DNA of 64,000 nucleotides from NCBI GenBank assembly GCA_963662795.1, contig OY759746.1, forward strand, positions 3,360,001 to 3,424,000. Direction: 5' to 3'. Source of the DNA: Spirochaetia bacterium. Its GTDB lineage: Bacteria > Spirochaetota > Spirochaetia > CADAEX01. Positions 28,407-36,541 of this stretch are shown here, piece after piece. The first letter of the stretch is position 1, and each line of letters opens with the position of its first letter. Both the position numbers and the translations under genes were made by a program. The notes under the pieces are model-generated. The model searched no databases. It was not told the DNA's origin and was given only the letters and a program-made list of their open reading frames with translations.

Positions 28407-28655
28407 ATGAAACAGAAAACTATTACCTTTAAAATTAATGAGGATATTGAGCAGTTGTTGATTAAAATTCCCAACAAATCCGAGTTTATCAGAAATTCAA
28501 TTTCAAAATCACTCGACTGTGTTTGCCCTCTTTGCGATGGAACAGGTATATTAAATTCCAAACAGAAAGAACACTGGGATCAGTTTAAACTGAATCATTC
28601 AATAAAACGTTGTGGAGAATGTGACGAACTTTATATTTCATGTAAAAAAAAATAA
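28407..28655 (+). CDS. CopG/ribbon-helix-helix protein with C-terminal Cys/His metal-binding region
   Basis: TITFKI beta-strand + NKSEFIRNSI helix; CVCPLCDGTG, HW, H, CGEC, C. Confidence 0.72.
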   Translation: MKQKTITFKINEDIEQLLIKIPNKSEFIRNSISKSLDCVCPLCDGTGILNSKQKEHWDQFKLNHSIKRCGECDELYISCKKK

Positions 28656-28676
28656 TTATCAAAAAGGGGAGTCATT

Positions 28677-29297
28677 ATGAAAAATTGGGTAATAATAGCT
28701 GTATTGCTGCTTATATTTGCAAATAATGCAGATGGGAAAATAAATGTCTATACAAGCATATTACCTCAGAAGTTTTTTGTTGAAAAAATAGGGGGAGACA
28801 GGGTCACCGTTGATGTACTTGTAATACCCGGAAAAAGTCCTGCTATATATGAACCTGCTCCAAAGCAGGTATTAAACCTGAGTAATGCTGATGTGTTTTT
28901 CAGAATAGGTGTCCCGTTTGAAATTGCATTTATCCCAAATCTAAGAAGTAATATAAAAAATCTGAAGAATGTTCTTCTTCCTTATCGAGATGAATCTTTT
29001 TTTGTTTTCCATCCTGCTTTTAGATATTTTGCAGATGAATTCAGCTTGAAACAAATTACAGTTGAAACAGGAGGAAAGGAACCGCCTTCAAACACACTTG
29101 AAAAAATGATACAAAATGCTTTGGATAACAATATTAGAATTATTTTTGTACAGCCGGTATTTTCCAAAAAGAGTGCAGAAGCTGTTGCATCTGCTATTAA
29201 CGGAAATGTTGTTATACTAAATCCGCTTGATCCTGATTATATAAATAATCTTAAACATATTGCCAATGAAATAAGAATAGTAGTTAACAAAGAATAA
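28677..29297 (+). pseudogene. ZnuA/TroA-family metal-binding protein with a large in-frame internal deletion (possibly non-functional)
   Basis: SILPQKFFVEKIGG, SPAIYEP, FHPAFRYFADEF, IFVQP motifs present, but only 206 aa; the central loop / DPHxW region is missing. Confidence 0.65.
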
Positions 29298-29304
29298 AAT
29301 TCTC

Positions 29305-30342
29305 ATGATAAAAATGGACTATAAAAAACTGCTTAAACTCTCAGATAAGGTGGTTTTATTTCAATTATTAACATTCACTTTGTATTTTGCTTTTATTATA
29401 GCGAAAAGCGGTGTTTTTCAAAATGAATATTTAAAAAAATTTTCAATATTGTTTGTCACTATAGTTTTTGAAGGATTGCCATTTATAATAATTGGATCAA
29501 TAATATCCTCTATTATCCATATATATATTTCTGATGAAATAATTATGAAGTTGACACCCTCAAGAAAATTGTCCGGAATATTAATTGCAGCTTTACTTGG
29601 ATTTATCCTTCCTATATGTGAGTGTGCAATTGTTTCTGTTACAAAAAAATTGCTTGAAAAAAAAATGCCGATTTATATTGCTGTTACACTTTTAACTGCA
29701 ATGCCAATTGTAAATCCAATAGTGATCATGACTACCTATTTTGCATTTCCTGAACGATTAGATATTGTTTTTATCAGGCTTGTAACAGGTTTTTTATTAT
29801 CCGTATTAATTGGATTTATTGTCTCAATAGTATATAAAGGTAAAACATCTGTTCAGTTTCTACGAAATTCAAATGTTATAACGAAGACTGACATATGCTT
29901 GTGTAAATCCTGCAATCATCTACACGGTAATCCTCTTGATGGGTTTTATAAGGTTATTGACCATGCTGGATATGAGTTATATATCATTGGTCGTTTCTTT
30001 ATACTAGGATCTTTTTTAGCTACAATCTTTAGAACATGTATTCCTGAATCTTCTTTATTTATATTCATGAACAACCAAATATTGTCAATTTTACTTATGA
30101 TGAGTTTGGCTTATCTTTTGTCAATATGTTCAGAATCTGATGCGTTTATTGCAAGAAAATTCATTGGGATTTTCCCTGATAGTGCAATAATGAGTTTTTT
30201 AATTTTGGGTCCTATGATTGATATTAAAAATACAATTATGCTTTTAAATTTATTTAAACTGAAATTTACCATATTTCTGATATCAATTATTTCAATAACC
30301 TGTTTTTTATCAGCACTTTTTTTGGATTCTTTTGTTTTGTAA
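29305..30342 (+). CDS. DUF318/YcgR-like permease
   Basis: EGLPFIIIG, PICECAIV, PIVNP, LSICSESDAFIA, GPMIDIKN; C/H-rich loop CLCKSCNHLH. Confidence 0.85.
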   Translation: MIKMDYKKLLKLSDKVVLFQLLTFTLYFAFIIAKSGVFQNEYLKKFSILFVTIVFEGLPFIIIGSIISSIIHIYISDEIIMKLTPSRKLSGILIAALLGFILPICECAIVSVTKKLLEKKMPIYIAVTLLTAMPIVNPIVIMTTYFAFPERLDIVFIRLVTGFLLSVLIGFIVSIVYKGKTSVQFLRNSNVITKTDICLCKSCNHLHGNPLDGFYKVIDHAGYELYIIGRFFILGSFLATIFRTCIPESSLFIFMNNQILSILLMMSLAYLLSICSESDAFIARKFIGIFPDSAIMSFLILGPMIDIKNTIMLLNLFKLKFTIFLISIISITCFLSALFLDSFVL

Positions 30343-30352
30343 AGGGAAAAAA

Positions 30353-31111
30353 ATGCTGAAGAAGAGATTTTATTTTTATGAAACATTATGGCTTATTAAT
30401 CTCTTTGCATATACTGGACTTCTTCTCTATATAATTTTATCAAGTAAGGTAGAGATATTATTTCATCCAAGACAATATATATTTTTAATAATTACAGTTT
30501 TATTTTTCTTTTTTTTAATATATTTACAGTTTTATAATATCTATTCATTTAAGACGGAAAGAAAAATAAACAAAAGCATTGTCATTTTTTATATGCCCAT
30601 TTTATTTGCAATTATAGGACTGGCAAATGATAAAGACAGTATAATTAACACAGTATATAGACAGAATACTTTTATACCGGTAAATATACAGATCTTGTGT
30701 AACGATAAAGACAAAGAGGCTATATCAGAAACAGATAGTGTAATTATGAATAAAGATAACTATTATCAGGAATATAATAAAATATATGATGATATTGGTA
30801 AATATATCGGTAGAGAAATACAGATAAATGGTTATGTTTACAGGGAGAGTGTTTATAAAGACAACCAGTTTGTACTTGCTCAGGATTTGATGTGGTGTTG
30901 TGCTGCCGATATAGCAGTTATAGGTTTTTTTTGTGAATATGACAATGCTTCGGAGTTTGAAACCGGTTCCTGGTATGAGCTTTCAGGTAAGATCGCAAAG
31001 TCGTTATATCCTGATCAGGAGACAGGGAAAGAACGTGAATTTCCTTCCATACATATAGATAAATACAGAAAAATAAATCCCCCTGATATTCCATGTCTTT
31101 TCCCTTACTGA
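30353..31111 (+). CDS. TIGR03943/DUF1980 (YcgQ-like) permease subunit
   Basis: HPR, three N-terminal TM, GREIQINGYVY, MWCCAAD, WYELSG. Confidence 0.82.
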   Translation: MLKKRFYFYETLWLINLFAYTGLLLYIILSSKVEILFHPRQYIFLIITVLFFFFLIYLQFYNIYSFKTERKINKSIVIFYMPILFAIIGLANDKDSIINTVYRQNTFIPVNIQILCNDKDKEAISETDSVIMNKDNYYQEYNKIYDDIGKYIGREIQINGYVYRESVYKDNQFVLAQDLMWCCAADIAVIGFFCEYDNASEFETGSWYELSGKIAKSLYPDQETGKEREFPSIHIDKYRKINPPDIPCLFPY

Positions 31112-31122
31112 TCAGAAATTAA

Positions 31123-31998
31123 GGAACCTCTGAATAATTCAAGTTTTTAAGCACCTTTTCTATAATTAATTCTGTTCAGATAATCCTATGAAGGAAAACG
31201 GGCCAAAAATCCTGAATTACTCCCCTAAGGGATTCATGTTTTTCATACCTATCCCGGGTATTTTTCTTAATTATTTCAGTTATGCACATGAGAGACCCTG
31301 TCTTTTCGCCAAAACAATATTTACCAGTGCACATGAAACAAATACATGATTTGCATTTTTATCAAGACCACGATACCTGACCTTTTGATATCCAAACTGT
31401 CTTTTAAGTACATGAAAGACATGTTCTACCTTTCCCTGATTCGTGATTTGTTTCTGTTCTGCTCTTTCTCTTTCTCAGTAAGTACTTTATTCCTGCTTCC
31501 CTTTTTCTGTATAAAGCTTTTTGCATAAGGTGATACTTTTGATATTTTTTCCTTTTGTCCACAGTAGGCTGAATCTCCCCAGACTCTTGTTTCTTCTCCA
31601 TGAAGAAGATCTTCCAGTACCTGCGAATCATGCACACTTGCAGCTGTTACAACAACTGAATGTATCAGTTTTGTCCTGCTGTCCACTCCTATGTGGGTTT
31701 TCATTCCAAAATGCCACTGATTCCCTTTTTTCGTCTGCTTCATTTCAGGGTCTCTTTCTTTTTTTATATTCTTTGTTGAACTAGCCGCTTCTATTATTGT
31801 GGCATTTACTATGGCTCGATTACTTCGGACAGTTCTTTCCACGGTATTATTTTATCCATCTGTTTAAGAAACACTTCTTTCTTTGTTGTTTTTCTGCATT
31901 TTTCAAAGCCTTCTGTTGCTAAAGATACCTGACGCATTTTCTCACTCCCATAGCTGGCTTTGATTCTATCATTTTTTCAATAATTAATCAGAGGTTCA
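31123..31998 (-). mobile_element. Internally deleted IS5-family element with both terminal inverted repeats
   Basis: TIRs GGAACCTCTGAATAATT / AATTAATCAGAGGTTCA flanked by TTAA and CTAG. Transposase N-terminus MRQVSLATEGFEKCRKTTKKEVFL (ATG 31937) is joined directly to [39 protein letters not shown]. Confidence 0.88.
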
Positions 31999-32284
31999 CT
32001 AGGTCTTATAAAGTCAAAATTAAAGGAAATAAGTGAAACTGATATTCATATATCAATACTTATTTTAAATCTTGATAAAAATATTTGCTGAAGAGCTCGC
32101 AGGAATCAAAAGCAGGTATAAAATAAAGAGAAATAGGATTGCATAAATCTTTTTTCAGCAAGCTCTAAATAGAAACATAAAGGAAAAGTTCTGTAAGCGC
32201 CAATTAAACCCCACCTTATTGGAAAATTCCATTGAGTTTTTAGAAGTGCCCATAAGATAAAATGGTAAAAGCGTTAAGCGCTTA

Positions 32285-32302
32285 CAAATCCCTTTACCAC
32301 TA
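32285..32302 (+). repeat. Degenerate direct repeat of the tRNA-Met 3' end (candidate attR)
   Basis: CAAATCCCTTTACCACTA vs CAAATCCCTTCGCCACTA. Confidence 0.55.
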
Positions 32303-32337
32303 TATAAAAATAGTTTAATATTTCACATTTATTATAG

Positions 32338-33003
32338 CTATTCTTCCAAATTATCCATATGTGTCCAGTGTCCTTCTGATATATCACCGCCTGTATAAGT
32401 AAAAGTTTCTCCGTCTGAAGTTATTTTTCTTATCCGGTTCCAGCCTTCAAATACTCTTACATTGTCAAAAAAATGGTTGGTATCAGGATCATCATCTGTA
32501 TCCACATATGTTCCGTTTAGTATAGTTTCTGCAGTTGAATACAGGTAATAATACCATTCAACAGGGGCTGATTCAAAATTACCATATACGATATCATCAC
32601 TCGTACTATCTATATCTATAACTGCAGTTGTAATATTTGCTGAAGGATTTGATGAACTAACACCGGTCCAGCCTGAGGATGAATAAACTGCGGGAGCAAA
32701 AGGGGTAATACTGTCATAATTAAAATTAACTAAATTATCAGAATTCTCAGTTTGATAAATAACACCTGTATCTGATTCATCATAAAGCCTGAAATTACCT
32801 CCGGGGGGAGTAAAACCTTCTGTCCATGGTGGTGTGCCTGAAGTAACAAATGTCCTGTCCACAGTTCCTGATAATACAAGCGAACTCCCGAGACTTTTTG
32901 CATCGTTCACATCATCTCCGCTTCCGCCCGAACTGTCGCAAGCGATAAAAAAGGCAGCGAAGATAAGACCAGCAATAGCAGTAAATAATATAATCTTTTT
33001 CAT
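32338..33003 (-). CDS. Hypothetical lipoprotein
   Basis: MKKIILF...FFIAC lipobox-like signal, Ser/Gly/Asp linker, beta-rich body with YLYS...GWN. Confidence 0.72.
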   Translation of the reverse strand: MKKIILFTAIAGLIFAAFFIACDSSGGSGDDVNDAKSLGSSLVLSGTVDRTFVTSGTPPWTEGFTPPGGNFRLYDESDTGVIYQTENSDNLVNFNYDSITPFAPAVYSSSGWTGVSSSNPSANITTAVIDIDSTSDDIVYGNFESAPVEWYYYLYSTAETILNGTYVDTDDDPDTNHFFDNVRVFEGWNRIRKITSDGETFTYTGGDISEGHWTHMDNLEE

Positions 33004-33080
33004 AAAGCCGTCCTTGATCTTTATTTCTTCAATCCTAGATTGAAGTTAAGATATATTATCCGTACATTGATATCCCTGTC

Positions 33081-33102
33081 GTCCCGTTATGCAAAACGGT
33101 AC
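33081..33102. promoter_or_regulatory. Imperfect palindrome GTCCCGTT-N6-AACGGTAC, candidate AraC-family site
   Basis: 8-6-8 with one mismatch, between the AraC gene and the lipoprotein gene. Confidence 0.4.
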
Positions 33103-33167
33103 TTTAAAAAATTGTTTTTTTTATGTTAATTGAATTAGCAGCAAATATCAGGATATGGTATTCAGGA

Positions 33168-34274
33168 TTATTTTGTTTCTGTTTGCTTTATATACTCGGA
33201 AGGGGTCATCCCCATTTTTTCCATAAAAAACCGGTTGAAGGTGGTTTTGGAGGGGAAACCGGCATCATACGCAAGCTCAAGAATTGAATGTGCCCTGTGG
33301 GCTCCCTGATTTACCATATTGATAAAATGCTCAAGGCGCCTTGTATTCAGGTAGCACCTGAAGCTGACCGTGCAGCAGTGATTTATCGCAAAGGATAGAC
33401 GGTTTGAATGGATATTTAACTCAGAGGCAAGGTCAGAAAGCGTAAGGTCGGGGTTCTGCCAGACGCCTTCTTTAAAACGCTTTTCTACTTTATCCATCAG
33501 CTGTCTGCACTCAGTATCAGAACAAAGCTGCACCAAAGGGCCTTCCCTGCATTTATCTTCAGGTAAAGAAACATCAGAAGATGTCAGTAGAAGAAAGGAA
33601 ATGAAGTAAATAAGCGCAGCCATTGTTACGGACACTAAAAGAAAAGGGCCTGCAGTCCTCGGGTCCTGCATATTCCGGGAAACTGAGGGCAGAACTGCAA
33701 CATAAGCAAATGAAGCAAGGACCAAAGAGGGGGCAATCACCAGAGACCTGATCCATAAGCGCTTTGCTCCGGAAACTCTTTTTGATTTCTCTCCGAAAGC
33801 AATCAGCGCGGAAAAAACCAGATAGACGATATTAACAAGGACTTTTAGTCCGTTTCTGAATGGCAGCCAGAGAGGCGGAGTTCCTGCAAAAACATTCCGG
33901 ATAAAAAGCGCATATTCCACTCTGTCCATTGATAACAGTGTAAACGTTACTGCCGTAACTTCAAGGACATAGGGTGCAAAGTGAATAAACAGCGGTTTGG
34001 GCGTATTTAATGTGTCGCTTACCAATTCCCTTATATACCACCAGATTAAAAAGCTGAAGAGAAAAGGGAGAGGGGCTGTCATTGGATAAATCCAGGGATA
34101 AGATAGGAGAATTTCAGGTTTCCATGTAGGGATAGTCGCAAGCCTCAGAGAGAAGACAACCAGAAGGAGAGCAAGAGGCAAATTTTTCCGGTGGCTGAAC
34201 CTGAAAATAATTGAAAGAAGTACAATTAATCCCTGTAAGCCGCCCAGAGCCGCAATAACAGTGAGGATACGCAT
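33168..34274 (-). CDS. Membrane-bound AraC-family regulator (N-terminal multi-TM sensor)
   Basis: ~7 TM, then NPDLTLSDLASEL...LSFAIN...FRCYLN..R...SILELAYDAGFPSKTTFNRFF...GMTPSEY. Confidence 0.88.
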   Translation of the reverse strand: MRILTVIAALGGLQGLIVLLSIIFRFSHRKNLPLALLLVVFSLRLATIPTWKPEILLSYPWIYPMTAPLPFLFSFLIWWYIRELVSDTLNTPKPLFIHFAPYVLEVTAVTFTLLSMDRVEYALFIRNVFAGTPPLWLPFRNGLKVLVNIVYLVFSALIAFGEKSKRVSGAKRLWIRSLVIAPSLVLASFAYVAVLPSVSRNMQDPRTAGPFLLVSVTMAALIYFISFLLLTSSDVSLPEDKCREGPLVQLCSDTECRQLMDKVEKRFKEGVWQNPDLTLSDLASELNIHSNRLSFAINHCCTVSFRCYLNTRRLEHFINMVNQGAHRAHSILELAYDAGFPSKTTFNRFFMEKMGMTPSEYIKQTETK

Positions 34275-34479
34275 TTAATAATTATAAAGCAGTTATACTG
34301 ATAATGGAACCTTAAGAAATTCGCTATCATAAAGATTCTAAATAACTCTAATAGCAGGATTTGTTTCTTTTGATGTGTTTTTATACATGCTCCTGATGGA
34401 TATTTTGTGTTGCATATTCATTAAACATCTATAAAAACTACCACTTTTCGCATCCGAAAAAAAAGGATAAAATCTCCCT

Positions 34480-35943
34480 ATGGCTCTTGATTACTTTGAA
34501 TTAATAAACAGACGGAAAACCCATCCCTCCTGGCGTCTTATGACAGCTGAAAACGGCCCTCTTATTGCAGGTTTTCTTGATTCTGTTTTCAGGGAAAACA
34601 ATCTCCGAAGTATAGAAGAGGCTGAGCTTTCCATGAGGCTCGAAGACTATCTTTATTTCCTCTCTGAAGCAGGTGCACAGCAGGAGTTTCCCCGGAGTGC
34701 AAGGGAATATCTTGATGAATGGGCCCATAACGAGAAGGGTTGGCTTAGAAAATATTATCCCCAGGGGTCGGATGAACCCCATTACGACCTCAGTCCTGCT
34801 GTCGAGAAGGCCCTTCAGTGGCTTGACGGGCTGTTTGAACAGGGTTTCATAGGTACCGAGAGCCGGCTGTTTGCAAGTATTGATCTCTTGAGGCAGATTG
34901 TCCATGGAGTGGAAGAGGATAAAACTGAACGGATAAAGGAGCTTGAACGTCAGAAGAATGAAATAAACCGGCAGATTAAAGCTATTGAAGAGGGTGATAT
35001 TTCCACACTTGATTCGAGGGAGGTCCGTGAGCGTTATATTCAGTTCAGCAAAATATCCCGCGAGCTCCTTGGCGACTTCAGGATGGTTGAACATAATTTC
35101 AGGGAGCTTGACCGCTCTGTAAGGGAAGAGATTGCTGCCTGGACCGGCGAGAAGGGAGAACTTCTTGAGACAATATTCGGAGAACATGATCAGATTACGC
35201 AGTCTGAACAGGGGCTGAGTTTCAGGGCATTCTGGGACTTTTTGATGTCCTCGGGAAGCCAGGAAGAGTTTACATCGCTCCTTGACCGGGTTTTTGAGCT
35301 TGAAGAGCTTGGTGATTTAACAAATGATAAACGCTTGAAGCGTATTCATTTTGAGTGGATAAATGCCGGTGAACAGACACAGCGGATGGTCGCAAGGCTT
35401 TCGAGGCAGCTGAGGAGGTTTCTTGATGACCGAAGTTATTATGAAAACAAACGGATAGTAAGGCTTCTTGACAGCATCGATCAAAGAGCACTTGAAGCCA
35501 GGGAAGATGCTCCTCAGAAGCCGTTTTTCATGGAGATAGAGGGTATCCGTCCCTCTTTCCAGCTCCCTATGGAGCGACCGCTCTTCTCTCCTCCTCTTAA
35601 GATTGAACTTGATTCAGTGATTATAGGGGGAGAGGGGAAAGATATTGATACATCAGTTCTTTTTAATCAGGTTGTTGTCGATAAATTCAGACTAAAACGT
35701 AATATTGATGAAATCCTTGAACTCCGGGAGCAGGTGAGTCTTGGCGCTATAATTGAGCACTGCCCGCTTGAAGAGGGCCTTGCCGAGCTTGTTACCTATT
35801 TTACCATAGCTGAAGAAAACCGGTTTGCGTTTGTTGATGAGGACAAATCAGAAGAGGTATTCTGGATAGATCATGATGGTAAAAATAGATATGCAAAAAT
35901 GCCTTTGATAATGTTTCAAAAAAGGAAGAAAGAGAATGACTAA
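34480..35943 (+). CDS. jetA: Wadjet protein JetA (DUF3375)
   Basis: HPSWRLM, YLDEW...GWLRKYY, FIGTESRL, SEQGLSFRAFWDFL, PLEEGLAELVTY. Confidence 0.88.
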   Translation: MALDYFELINRRKTHPSWRLMTAENGPLIAGFLDSVFRENNLRSIEEAELSMRLEDYLYFLSEAGAQQEFPRSAREYLDEWAHNEKGWLRKYYPQGSDEPHYDLSPAVEKALQWLDGLFEQGFIGTESRLFASIDLLRQIVHGVEEDKTERIKELERQKNEINRQIKAIEEGDISTLDSREVRERYIQFSKISRELLGDFRMVEHNFRELDRSVREEIAAWTGEKGELLETIFGEHDQITQSEQGLSFRAFWDFLMSSGSQEEFTSLLDRVFELEELGDLTNDKRLKRIHFEWINAGEQTQRMVARLSRQLRRFLDDRSYYENKRIVRLLDSIDQRALEAREDAPQKPFFMEIEGIRPSFQLPMERPLFSPPLKIELDSVIIGGEGKDIDTSVLFNQVVVDKFRLKRNIDEILELREQVSLGAIIEHCPLEEGLAELVTYFTIAEENRFAFVDEDKSEEVFWIDHDGKNRYAKMPLIMFQKRKKEND

Positions 35944-36541
35944 ATACGGCAACCAGCTTCCTGCTATTCTGATTGCGCTTTTGAAGGGGGTGGTTTATCG
36001 GGAAGAGAACAACAGAAAATGGCAGGATCTGCTTGATCACCAGGGAGCGGTAAGAGATTATCTCTCAGTTATAGGGCTCGAACTCTTTCTTTTTGAAGAT
36101 GAGGGGTTTGCTTTTCTGAAGAATAAAGAAAAAAATGAGGAAACTGCCGAAATCCCCCAGCTTATTGTACGGCGTCAGCTCTCATACCCTGTAAGTCTGC
36201 TTCTTTCACAGCTTAGGAGAAAACTTGCTGAGCATGATGCCTCTAGCGGTGAAGAGCGGCTGATTATCGACAAACAGGAGATCGTGGATTTAATGGGAAC
36301 ATTTATGCTCCAGGGAAGCAACGAGGTACAGTTTATAAGGAAGGTTGACAGCACGCTTCAGAAAGCCTCTGAACTGGATTTTATCAGATTCCTGGGGGAA
36401 AAAAAAGACAAAATCGAGGTTAAGAGAATAATCAAGGCTTTTGTCGATGCTCAATGGCTGAAGGAGTTTGACGACCGGTTGAAAGACTATCTTGAATATG
36501 CGATAGAATCCGGAAGGCAGGGAGATATGGAAGATGAGTGA
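35936..36541 (+). CDS. jetB: Wadjet protein JetB (DUF4194)
   Basis: LLKGVVY, VRDYLSVIGLEL, EGFAFL, RRQLSYPVSLLL, IIKAFVDAQWL. Confidence 0.88.
   Translation: MTKYGNQLPAILIALLKGVVYREENNRKWQDLLDHQGAVRDYLSVIGLELFLFEDEGFAFLKNKEKNEETAEIPQLIVRRQLSYPVSLLLSQLRRKLAEHDASSGEERLIIDKQEIVDLMGTFMLQGSNEVQFIRKVDSTLQKASELDFIRFLGEKKDKIEVKRIIKAFVDAQWLKEFDDRLKDYLEYAIESGRQGDMEDE

Larger units (their letters stand above)
9992..32302. mobile_element. tRNA-Met-anchored genomic island (no integrase seen)
   Basis: tRNA 3' end CAAATCCCTTCGCCACTA (9992-10009) recurs as CAAATCCCTTTACCACTA (32285-32302, 16/18); IS5 remnants just inside both ends; accessory cargo. Confidence 0.55.

Noticed and set aside
32000-32251. Possible further IS end (GAGTTTTTAGAAGTGCCC) and transposase debris
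   Set aside because: No partner inverted repeat or recognisable transposase translation in the window
34501-35187. 228-aa antisense ORF in jetA and other nested opposite-strand ORFs (e.g. 49535-50056, 52664-53155)
   Set aside because: Fully overlap well-supported genes, with no motifs or RBS
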